DNA from: a virus
IMG/VR virus record: IMGVR_UViG_3300044995_000220
Strand: one strand, 5' to 3'
DNA: 64,000 nt
Under the pieces are notes generated by a model. That model was not told where the DNA came from and did not search any database. It was given only the letters and a program-made list of their open reading frames with translations. Shown here in pieces: positions 44,632 to 53,291 of the stretch. Within the stretch, counting starts at the first letter, position 1. The number at the start of each line of letters is the position of its first letter. A program made the position numbers and the translations under genes.

Positions 44632-45635
44632 ACGCTGTTAGGATCGAATGTGGGACAGACCTCATAAACACGAGAAAGCGCATCACGCTCAGCAGCGCGT
44701 GCGTTATCAACGATGCGTTGTGCTTCAAGTACAGCCGCTGCAAGGCGTTCGCAGTTAGCGCTGCATGCTGCGATTTTTGCTGCATACTCATCGCGCGCGG
44801 CTTTTTTGGCAGTAAGCAGTGCTTGGTATGAACGATTGTCGCCAGCAAATGCTCCTTGTTGGAGTACAAAATCTTTTACATTAGTCGTAAGTGGTGTACC
44901 AGGCGGAATGCTCGTATCCTGAAGATTAACAACGATTGTGCGCGCAGCTTCGAGAAACGCTACGTCAGCAACTAAAAAATCGTAAATTGCTTTGTCTGTT
45001 GCACAAGCAGATTCACACGCGTTTGCAGCGGCTTGTGCTGCATCACGGTCTGCTTCAGCTTTAATACGTGCGTTGCGCGCAGCGATGTATGCTCTTTTGC
45101 GCTCATCTTCAACAGAAACACCAGGTACAGGCAAGTCGTAAGATTGCGTCGGATTAGTGGCAAACGGCGTAAAGACTGCACGCCAGTCTTCAACTAGCGC
45201 TGAAAGCCGAGCCAGAATTTGCTTGTACGCTGCGTCAGCCGTTGTAAGCGTATCGTAAACGACTGTCATAACTGACGAAAGATATTCAGTGCGACCGTTA
45301 CGCACAGCAGCGGTGCGGTCGCGAAATAAACCCGTAAGTTCATCGATATTAGCAACTCGCGCGAACGTATCGGGTGGAATCACAATTAAATCATTAGCTT
45401 TGACTTTTACATATTTTGGTGAATTAGGATCAGTCTGCCGTATGTCATATGGAGTTGCAACACGCGCGAGCACATCATCTTTTGGATCATTGGCGTCGGA
45501 GATCGATAAGACAAATAAATCTTTGAAAGGCAAATCTCCTTTATCAACAACAATCGTTGTGATTTCAAATTTTTGTGTACCGTCAACTAGAGTGATCGGA
45601 CGCCGTTGTTGTACAACTTGTGGAATAGTGCTCAT
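44628..45635 (-). CDS. Hypothetical putative structural protein with C-terminal coiled coil
   Basis: 335 aa; shares LFV...D..ARVA module with the next two genes; CxxxC pairs in Ala-rich helices. Confidence 0.7.
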   Translation of the reverse strand: MSTIPQVVQQRRPITLVDGTQKFEITTIVVDKGDLPFKDLFVLSISDANDPKDDVLARVATPYDIRQTDPNSPKYVKVKANDLIVIPPDTFARVANIDELTGLFRDRTAAVRNGRTEYLSSVMTVVYDTLTTADAAYKQILARLSALVEDWRAVFTPFATNPTQSYDLPVPGVSVEDERKRAYIAARNARIKAEADRDAAQAAANACESACATDKAIYDFLVADVAFLEAARTIVVNLQDTSIPPGTPLTTNVKDFVLQQGAFAGDNRSYQALLTAKKAARDEYAAKIAACSANCERLAAAVLEAQRIVDNARAAERDALSRVYEVCPTFDPNSV

Positions 45636-46030
45636 CGGCTTTCTGTAGAGTATACAAAAGTATGTTGTCCACCGAATAACACACCAGTTTCACCTGCATA
45701 ATCACGGTTAACGGCTTTTAAACGTCGCCTCACATCGGTAGCAAATGCAGCGGCCTTTTCTTTAATCGTAAATTCACGCGTAACCTCTGCCTTCCGATAA
45801 AAATCAAGATATCGTGCAATAGCTTCTTCTTTAGTGGCAGGCCAACTTTCAATGTCGCGTACGAGAGCAACGTTACTAAATTCGTCAGTATCAGTTGCAA
45901 AAACAAATAATTCACGTGGGATAACACTTGCTTGATCAATCGTCGTTGTCACTATATAGGTCGTAACTTCAGGTGGAATACGCGGCACTACAATCTCTTT
46001 TTGAGTGACAACAATCCAAGACATCTTCAA
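45632..46030 (-). CDS. Hypothetical putative structural protein (132 aa)
   Basis: ELFVFATDTDEFSNVA module; overlapping start/stop with neighbours. Confidence 0.7.
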   Translation of the reverse strand: MKMSWIVVTQKEIVVPRIPPEVTTYIVTTTIDQASVIPRELFVFATDTDEFSNVALVRDIESWPATKEEAIARYLDFYRKAEVTREFTIKEKAAAFATDVRRRLKAVNRDYAGETGVLFGGQHTFVYSTESR

Positions 46031-46938
46031 GGCCCCACAGTAGTAGTAATCAAAACGGTGAACGCAGTATTGTTTCGCGTCGCAGCACGTTGAAGATTTG
46101 CAACTTCGTGGCGCACAACGTTGAACAAATCAAGTGCTGCATCAAGTGTAGGTGAAACGGTTGTATTGCGCACACTACGGACTAATGGTGCTTCGATCTC
46201 ACGCATCGTCGCACCGCCACCTCCAGCCACTATTAGAGCACCGCCCCGCCGTAGTTCCCACGAAAGACCTCGTTCTCGCGTCGGAAAATAGCGGGGCTCT
46301 AACCCAGCAAAGCTTTCCTGCACACGCACCCACGGGAAAGCCCATGTACCGCCAGTGTCGTTAGTAAACGTCTTGTTAACTCGCGCTGTAGACCCTGTGT
46401 AACCAAGGATCTGAGCGTAACCGTTGTTTGCAGGGTTCGCAAAACCACTCAGTAAAATCCACCGCCCAATATCATCGTTAGTGAACGTATAGCCAGGCAG
46501 TTGTAGCTGAGCCCCTGTAAAACAACTTGCAGCAGTTCCTTGTACACGATTTTCAATTTGTGCAATGATGAAGTCTTGATCCGTGTACGGCGCTTGATTT
46601 TGAAGCCAATGCGGAAGTGAAGTTGTAATGCGTAGTGTATCTCCAGGCAATGCTCCTAAAAAGAAGGAGTCTCCACCAGCACCGCGTACATCGAAGTACT
46701 TCAACTCACTAACTGGCAATGTGGCGAAGTCGGCGAGAGTCGCAATACGTTCAAAGCTGTCAAATCCACCAACGTTGCGCACAACGAAGAGCTGTGCATA
46801 TGATATCGGATCCGTAGCGATTGGTGGATCAGATGGTGGATCACTTACCGGCACCGTGACAGCCCACTGCGTAGCTTGGTACCCAGTGATGCGGACATAG
46901 CCTTGTTGGCGGATGCGTATGGTCACAGGTATAGACAT
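46027..46938 (-). CDS. Hypothetical putative structural protein (303 aa)
   Basis: QLFVVRNVGGFDSFERIA module plus a beta-rich insertion resembling virion structural proteins. Confidence 0.7.
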   Translation of the reverse strand: MSIPVTIRIRQQGYVRITGYQATQWAVTVPVSDPPSDPPIATDPISYAQLFVVRNVGGFDSFERIATLADFATLPVSELKYFDVRGAGGDSFFLGALPGDTLRITTSLPHWLQNQAPYTDQDFIIAQIENRVQGTAASCFTGAQLQLPGYTFTNDDIGRWILLSGFANPANNGYAQILGYTGSTARVNKTFTNDTGGTWAFPWVRVQESFAGLEPRYFPTRERGLSWELRRGGALIVAGGGGATMREIEAPLVRSVRNTTVSPTLDAALDLFNVVRHEVANLQRAATRNNTAFTVLITTTVGP

Positions 46939-47509
46939 GCAACTCTACCTTGGCGTCGATCAATCGCTTCAGCGACCAGGCCTTGCGCTTGTAGCACCTG
47001 ATGGTACTGTAGTGTACACTGCTATCACTAAGGTAGGCGAAAAACTCCGAGGTGCCGAACGCTTAGGTGCGATCTATCGCTTTATCGCCGACACGCTCAC
47101 CTCGCGCAACGGGCGCGTTCTCCATGCTGCGATCGAAGGTCCGAGCTTTGGCAGCGTGCATCGTGAATTTGCCCTCGGCGAGGTAAGTGGGGTCGTTCGC
47201 TTTACAATCTATCATTTATCCGCCGTGGAACCTCTTATCGTCGCGCCGTCTCAGCTTAAGCTTTTCGCCTCCGGTTACGGCGCCGCTAACAAAGATGATG
47301 TACTAAACGCCGTAAATCGGCAATGGGGTACGGCGCTTACAGATGATAACGAAGCCGACGCAGTAGTCTTAGCACAAATCGCTCGCGCCGTTCATCAGCG
47401 CATTCGCTGTCCAACACGAGCGCAAGCTGAAGTTGTGCACGCATTAGTTACGTCGTCTTCGAGGCCGCGTACGCAACGGACACGGCGTAAATCCACTACC
47501 AACATCTAA
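46937..47509 (+). CDS. ruvC: RuvC-like Holliday junction resolvase
   Basis: YLGVD, AAIEG, LKLFASGYGAANKDDV, DNEADA: D/E/D/D catalytic set. Met at 46937 gives the usual spacing to the first Asp. Confidence 0.9.
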   Translation: MQLYLGVDQSLQRPGLALVAPDGTVVYTAITKVGEKLRGAERLGAIYRFIADTLTSRNGRVLHAAIEGPSFGSVHREFALGEVSGVVRFTIYHLSAVEPLIVAPSQLKLFASGYGAANKDDVLNAVNRQWGTALTDDNEADAVVLAQIARAVHQRIRCPTRAQAEVVHALVTSSSRPRTQRTRRKSTTNI

Positions 47510-47519
47510 GAGGGGTCAT

Positions 47520-49898
47520 ATGGAAGGGTCTCTCACAACATCGTCTATTGTTTCAACTCCAATCAACTCGGTATCTAAAACATCACAACATCGCGTGAGT
47601 AAGAAAGAAGACCAGGTCTTCGTCATTCGTGATGAAAATCGTTTTCGCCTCGACCCCGCGTTCGTCGCTAATTACGTCGACAAGCAACCCCCATGGGGTT
47701 TTGGGCTTCTCAGCCGAATCATCTACGAACGCACCTACGCGCGGCCTGTATCGAAAAAGCTCCTTAAAGAGCAAGCCATGTTGTACCGAGGTATGAATGA
47801 GCAGGCTGCGAATGAATACGCGAAGAGGAGTAAACAAACACACGAGCAATATTGGCAAACAGTACTACGTGTAGTTGAAGGTGTTAGCTCAATTCTCAAA
47901 CAACAAGTACGCGATACAGGGCAGCCATGGAGTGACGACGAAGAGCAACATCACGCACAAGAGATGTTCAAACGTATATGGCTTTTTAAGTTCACGCCCC
48001 CTGGTCGTGGGCTGTGGTTTATGGGTACTGAAGCTATGGAGATCAAAGGTGGCGCGGCCCTAAATAACTGCGGCTTCGTCTCAACTGAAAACATCGATCA
48101 AGATTTCGCCGAACCTTTCTGCGTGCTCATGGACTATTCCATGCTTGGGGTCGGCATGGGATTCGATCTGCGTGGCGCAGGTCGTGTCACACTTGTTTCT
48201 CCAGCTACGTCGCTTGACACACATGTTGTTGAAGATTCGCGCGAAGGATGGATTGAGTGCGTGCGCATCGTACTCAATGCATTTGTCGGGCGAGGTGCCC
48301 TACCACGCGCATGGGATTATTCGCAGATTCGAAAAGAAGGCACTCCTCTCAAGACTTTTGGAGGCACCGCAAGCGGATCAAAACCGCTGGAGCAGTTGCT
48401 AACCACGCTTACAACCATGTTGTACAGCGTTGTTGGGCAGCCTATTAGTGGCAAGACCATTACGTCAATCATGAACATGATTGGCAAATGTGTCGTTGCT
48501 GGTAATGTGCGCCGTAGCTCAGAAATCGCTCTCGGCGATCCAGAGGACACTGATTTTATCACGCTCAAGGATCCTACTGAGCTCAATGCTATGCGTGCGC
48601 GCCTGGCTGAAATTGAAAAAGCTAACCCAGAGTGGTGCGCTCTACAAAAAAAGATCGACAAACTTCGCCAAAAACGTGCAGCCAAAGGGCTCAGCGTACT
48701 TGATCCCGAATTCGCTGCTATTCAGGCCAAAATTGATAAACTAGAAAAAAAGCAAAAAGCACTGCTGGAGCGTGATCCTGCATGGAAGGCACTTAATGCT
48801 GAGATCGATGCGCACCCACTGATGTCTTATCTCTGGGCTTCGAACAACACTGCACTTTGTCCTCTAAATTACAACTATGAAAAACTTGCCGCCAGTACGG
48901 TGCTCAACGGGGAGCCAGGTTACGCATGGCTCGACGTAATTCGCGCCTACGGACGATTGGTTGATCCGCCGGACTGGAAAGATCAAAACGCTAAAGGTTT
49001 CAATCCATGTGGTGAACAAACATTGCACGATATGGAGCTTTGTTGTCTTGTCGAAACTTACCCAACAAGGCACGAAAATCTTGATGATTACTTGATGACA
49101 CTGAAATATGCGTACCGTTATGCCAAAGCTGTAACTTTGGTACCGACACACAATAAGCGCACTAACGCCGTTATGGTGCGCAATAGGCGCATCGGTACGT
49201 CGATGGCGGGTATAATTGAGCAGTATTCTAAATTAGGTTTGCAAGAGTGCATCCGTTGGTGGGACGCGGGTTACCGCGAAATTTGTAAATGGGATATTGA
49301 GTATTCAAGTTGGCTTGGTGTCAATACATCAATCAAACGCACATCGATTAAACCAGGGGGTACAACGCCATTACTTGCAGGCGTTGAAGGGGGTATGAAA
49401 GCTCCGACCGCACGTTACTATATGCGAACCGTTCGGTTTGATTACCGTTCGCCACTAGTCAAACAACTCGCTAAAGCGGGCTACCGTGTCGAAAAGGATC
49501 GTACAACGCCTCGCACAATGGTTGTGTATTTCCCATGTAAGACTAAGCCCGGTGTACTAATAGCTGAAGAACTGAGTTTGTGGGAGCAAGCACAAATTTT
49601 TACAGCGCTCCAACGTTACTGGAGTGATAACATGGTTTCTGCAACACTTACTTTCCAACCTCATGAAGCCAATACGTTAGCTCGCTTGCTCAAGTGCTTC
49701 GAAGGACAATGGAAATGTGTTTCATTTCTGCCGCTTTTGAACCACGGTTTCCTTCAAGCACCATATATTCCATGCACTAAAGAACAATACGAAGAAGCAA
49801 TCGCTAAAATTTCAGAAGTGGATGAACTGACCGTTAAACACGACACCGACGATAAGTGGTGCTCCGGCGGCATTTGCGAACTGCCTATTAGTCAGTAA
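47520..49898 (+). CDS. nrdJ: Class II (adenosylcobalamin-dependent) ribonucleotide reductase, monomeric RTPR type
   Basis: PPGRGLW, LNNC, GVGMGFD, GNVRRS, GEPG, NPCGEQ.L...ELCCL, RRIG, TSIKPGGT, C-terminal C.GG.C. Confidence 0.92.
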   Translation: MEGSLTTSSIVSTPINSVSKTSQHRVSKKEDQVFVIRDENRFRLDPAFVANYVDKQPPWGFGLLSRIIYERTYARPVSKKLLKEQAMLYRGMNEQAANEYAKRSKQTHEQYWQTVLRVVEGVSSILKQQVRDTGQPWSDDEEQHHAQEMFKRIWLFKFTPPGRGLWFMGTEAMEIKGGAALNNCGFVSTENIDQDFAEPFCVLMDYSMLGVGMGFDLRGAGRVTLVSPATSLDTHVVEDSREGWIECVRIVLNAFVGRGALPRAWDYSQIRKEGTPLKTFGGTASGSKPLEQLLTTLTTMLYSVVGQPISGKTITSIMNMIGKCVVAGNVRRSSEIALGDPEDTDFITLKDPTELNAMRARLAEIEKANPEWCALQKKIDKLRQKRAAKGLSVLDPEFAAIQAKIDKLEKKQKALLERDPAWKALNAEIDAHPLMSYLWASNNTALCPLNYNYEKLAASTVLNGEPGYAWLDVIRAYGRLVDPPDWKDQNAKGFNPCGEQTLHDMELCCLVETYPTRHENLDDYLMTLKYAYRYAKAVTLVPTHNKRTNAVMVRNRRIGTSMAGIIEQYSKLGLQECIRWWDAGYREICKWDIEYSSWLGVNTSIKRTSIKPGGTTPLLAGVEGGMKAPTARYYMRTVRFDYRSPLVKQLAKAGYRVEKDRTTPRTMVVYFPCKTKPGVLIAEELSLWEQAQIFTALQRYWSDNMVSATLTFQPHEANTLARLLKCFEGQWKCVSFLPLLNHGFLQAPYIPCTKEQYEEAIAKISEVDELTVKHDTDDKWCSGGICELPISQ

Positions 49899-49910
49899 TC
49901 AACACGTAAA

Positions 49911-49960
49911 TAACGTAAAACGGCCTCGAAAGCGTTGTCTTCCGAGGCCGTTTTACGTTA
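49911..49960. terminator. Bidirectional terminator-like hairpin (18-bp perfect stem, 14-nt loop)
   Basis: taacgtaaaacggcctcg (49911-49928) pairs with cgaggccgttttacgtta (49943-49960), between convergent nrdJ and tail-fibre genes. Confidence 0.75.
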
Positions 49961-49976
49961 GTGCATTATATGGCAA

Positions 49977-52769
49977 TTAGCTACGACGTAAAATATAGCC
50001 TGAACACCAGACCGTCAAACGTCCATACGTAATAAACAATCTAAAAGAAACACGATATTCAACATCGCCGAACGTCAAACTTGGTTTCAAGATCGGAGTA
50101 TAATCCGAGTAACTATAATTAGCACCTGTTGAATTCCATGACTGAACATAGCCTTCAGCATCAATAATTGGACTTGGATCAGCCGCATCAGAGCGAAATG
50201 GTACACGGCACGTTCCTGCGATCAGCGCACCGGCACTAGTTCCCACCACAATTCGTATACGGCAAATCCAGCCCTCAACTGTATATCCAGAAGGGATTGC
50301 AGCGGTTACGGGATCAACGGCCACTGGATTAGGTAAAAAGAACGAAGTATCAAGAGGCAAAGTATCCAAATCAGTGCGATCAACCAACTGTACTTCTTTA
50401 GTAAAAAGATACGTACGCGTATATGTACCCCCATGATGATGGTTATTCGTTGCGTCAACAGGAGTACCAGTTTCAAGACCATCAAGTAACTGTTTATCAG
50501 CAGTGATAAGAATGTTCTCAGTATTACGTTCATTAACCTCCCCAACACGCCAACGCGCACGATCGCCACAAAAAATGGTTCCTTTCTTAGTCTGTTGACC
50601 AAAATTTGGCGTGAAACCAGGTGCAGCGTTAGTGAGTACTTCGAGCCAAGGCGTGTTGTTCGTCGCCGAGCCAATCACTATACCGGGATAGCGTGAAGGA
50701 GGTTGATGGAAACCAAATTTTGTTAGTGAATTCGTACTACCAGTATATTGCCCTGTAAGAAAACTTACTGTTGCCCCAGCATAGCTTGTAACTGAAGAAA
50801 AATCAGCGGGCGTGTTGTCAAGTTTTCGCAAAACGAATTCACCGAGCGTAGGGCCTGTGTCGCTCGTAAAGCGTTCAAAAATATAAATCGTATTTTCCTC
50901 ACCCGTAGGCGAAATTAGCCCTTGAACTCGCACGAAAATCAACGGAATTAGAGCTCCATCAGCAGGGTCGACAAGGCTGTACGAAATGTACGCCGGCAAA
51001 AATGGCCAAATAAACGGGAATCGTACTGCAATATCGCTTGCACTCAATTTCAAGCGAGACGGCGTAGTACCAGCACTAACTGGTTCTGTGGCATTAAGCC
51101 CTGAACCTGAACCAAACCAAAAAGGCATAAACTGGATATCCGCCCAGTCAATATTGCCAGAACGAGGCAAAGAAGTGTTATTGGTGCTACGCAAATAAGC
51201 TGAGAAACGCCGCGCACCGTTCGACAACAATGTAAAATCTTTGTTAATTGGGTTTTGTCCTTTCAGTTCATGTCCATCTTCGTTTACGCGGAAATTCAGA
51301 CCGCCACCAGTTGTGGCAGTAGGTGCGGCGTTAAGCAACGCATCCAACGCTTGCCGAAGTGAACCTGCTGTGCGACCCAAAGCTCGATTGCCAATTGTTG
51401 CGTTGCCTGTAACGCTTTCGACGCCAACTCGTCGGGCACCGCTATTTCCAGCCACCGAGGATCCAAGGTGCGAAACAACCGCATCAATAGCAGCTTCAAC
51501 AGTGCCAGATGGAATGCTTGGATTAGGCGAAGCCGCAGCATCAGCGTGCCAAAGACCAGACCCATCATATCCTACAAGCGTGGCACCCGAGGACCCGAAT
51601 ACAGTACTTGCAAGCGCGGCCCTCATGACGCGACTCTCCCCCAACCGAATTGTTTCACCGACTGCGACTCGCGTACCGTCAATGAAAACAAATTCGCCGT
51701 TGATTATTTTACCAATTGGCACTGCTCCTGGAATCTTTTCAGGCTCTCGACCAGTTGAGAAAAGCGACCAACCGACAGTTGGCGTAATATTCGGTGTATT
51801 GCCACCAACACGATCAATAGGCAAATCCCAAATCGATTGTCGCCGTCCTCCGCGTGGGGTAGGTACACCGCTCTCAACTGGCCCTTTTGGATAGCCAATG
51901 GCGAGGCCTTCACCCTCACGCAAAAGATTTACCTGTACGCCGTTCTCAGTAGCAGCAAAGAATGCTGCCATTTGTGCTGCTGTAACTTGATGTGCTTCTG
52001 CATCATACGCGCCTTGCACGATGCCACCGGTGAAAGGTGTCGGAAACACCGCTGCTGGAGACGCCGCTGTTGTTGATGCTCGCAAAAAGTTTGCAATACC
52101 GTATGTCCCTTGCGACGTATAGTCAGTGTTAATCGCATTGATTAATGCAGCCAACGTCGTTACACCACCGTTAGTGCCATAACGGATCGTCCATTTTGTC
52201 TTCGGAATTTCAGTAACAGAGAACTGAACAACGTTGGTTGCTAGTGTAGGGTCGGCAATGAGATCGACTTGTATGCGGTTAGCACCGAGCGAAAGGCTGT
52301 TAGCGATCGCAAAGTCGTCAGCGTCAAAATAGCCACGCTGTCCTGTATACTGCGAGCTCGCCGTTAATATCAGGTCGTTGACGAGAGGCGTACCGGAGTA
52401 TGGCAAGCCCCCGACAAAAACGCGCCCACCGCGCGGGCGACCCCCACTATTCCTACCAGGTGTAAGCGATGGATAGATCCATAGATCATCTCCAACCATT
52501 GATAGTGCAAAGTTACCCGGTGTCGGTTCAGTCAGCGTAAAAGCCGCATTTGAACGAATGATTAAACAGCGGTCATAGTCCAAGTAGTACAGTACGTTCT
52601 GCATGTAGCGCCGGAGAATCTCCGTGCGAGCCCGTAAATTTTCGAGTGGTCGGTTAGTAGTGCCACTCCAAACTACTTCCGCTGGGGCAATGGGTTGGAT
52701 TGATGCAGCGTCGGCCTGCCCAGTATCAGAGCCTTGTTTGAAGTTTACGTTCTCGTCAAAGTTCGCCAT
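49977..52769 (-). CDS. Putative tail fibre / receptor-binding structural protein (930 aa)
   Basis: Last gene of baseplate operon; N-terminal NRPLENLRARTE motif, Gly/Thr-rich beta-type sequence. Confidence 0.6.
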   Translation of the reverse strand: MANFDENVNFKQGSDTGQADAASIQPIAPAEVVWSGTTNRPLENLRARTEILRRYMQNVLYYLDYDRCLIIRSNAAFTLTEPTPGNFALSMVGDDLWIYPSLTPGRNSGGRPRGGRVFVGGLPYSGTPLVNDLILTASSQYTGQRGYFDADDFAIANSLSLGANRIQVDLIADPTLATNVVQFSVTEIPKTKWTIRYGTNGGVTTLAALINAINTDYTSQGTYGIANFLRASTTAASPAAVFPTPFTGGIVQGAYDAEAHQVTAAQMAAFFAATENGVQVNLLREGEGLAIGYPKGPVESGVPTPRGGRRQSIWDLPIDRVGGNTPNITPTVGWSLFSTGREPEKIPGAVPIGKIINGEFVFIDGTRVAVGETIRLGESRVMRAALASTVFGSSGATLVGYDGSGLWHADAAASPNPSIPSGTVEAAIDAVVSHLGSSVAGNSGARRVGVESVTGNATIGNRALGRTAGSLRQALDALLNAAPTATTGGGLNFRVNEDGHELKGQNPINKDFTLLSNGARRFSAYLRSTNNTSLPRSGNIDWADIQFMPFWFGSGSGLNATEPVSAGTTPSRLKLSASDIAVRFPFIWPFLPAYISYSLVDPADGALIPLIFVRVQGLISPTGEENTIYIFERFTSDTGPTLGEFVLRKLDNTPADFSSVTSYAGATVSFLTGQYTGSTNSLTKFGFHQPPSRYPGIVIGSATNNTPWLEVLTNAAPGFTPNFGQQTKKGTIFCGDRARWRVGEVNERNTENILITADKQLLDGLETGTPVDATNNHHHGGTYTRTYLFTKEVQLVDRTDLDTLPLDTSFFLPNPVAVDPVTAAIPSGYTVEGWICRIRIVVGTSAGALIAGTCRVPFRSDAADPSPIIDAEGYVQSWNSTGANYSYSDYTPILKPSLTFGDVEYRVSFRLFITYGRLTVWCSGYILRRS

Positions 52770-52781
52770 GGTTTTAGATCC

Positions 52782-53291
52782 TTATGCAGTTACAGCGATA
52801 CGCCACGTATACGTGACAGTAATGGCGCCAGTCTTAGCGATTACAGGATAGACTTGTCGAGCGAAGAGCTGGCCGTTACCTAAAAACAACCCCACCTCTC
52901 GCAGAGAATGTCCGTTAGCTTGGAGCGTAGTAAGCGTACCTGTAATAATGAGTTCCCCAGACGCAGGTACGACAGTACGATTCGCCGCAGTAAGATGAAT
53001 TTCATCAGCCGGACCAAGTGGACTACCGAGCGCAAGATCCCCGATCGTCGGCGGTGTTCCGTTAGTACCAGGCACTAATTTGACTATGCGCCAGTCAGAC
53101 GGATCACCCGAATCTTGCGACCAGAGATATAGCGGTGAATTGAAACCATTATACGTGATTTGATTTCGAAGCGCATAACGCCGTAAAGGTCGTTTATCCC
53201 CAGGTCGCCATGTCTCAATTTGGAGATCTCCGCGGAGTTTGAATTCAGGTTTGAGTGTTGGGGTATGAAGATGCTGGATATACGTGTTCAC
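52782..53291 (-). CDS. Tail-collar / fibre-attachment protein
   Basis: NQIT..G...ANGHSLREVGLF...LFAR.V...IAK...ITVTYTW pattern of myophage tail-collar fibre proteins. Confidence 0.7.
   Translation of the reverse strand: MNTYIQHLHTPTLKPEFKLRGDLQIETWRPGDKRPLRRYALRNQITYNGFNSPLYLWSQDSGDPSDWRIVKLVPGTNGTPPTIGDLALGSPLGPADEIHLTAANRTVVPASGELIITGTLTTLQANGHSLREVGLFLGNGQLFARQVYPVIAKTGAITVTYTWRIAVTA

Noticed and set aside
47520-49898. Inteins or group I introns in nrdJ, polA, terL, helicase or RNAP
   Set aside because: ORFs are continuous, insertions lack C/S...HN splice motifs and no homing endonuclease motif was seen.
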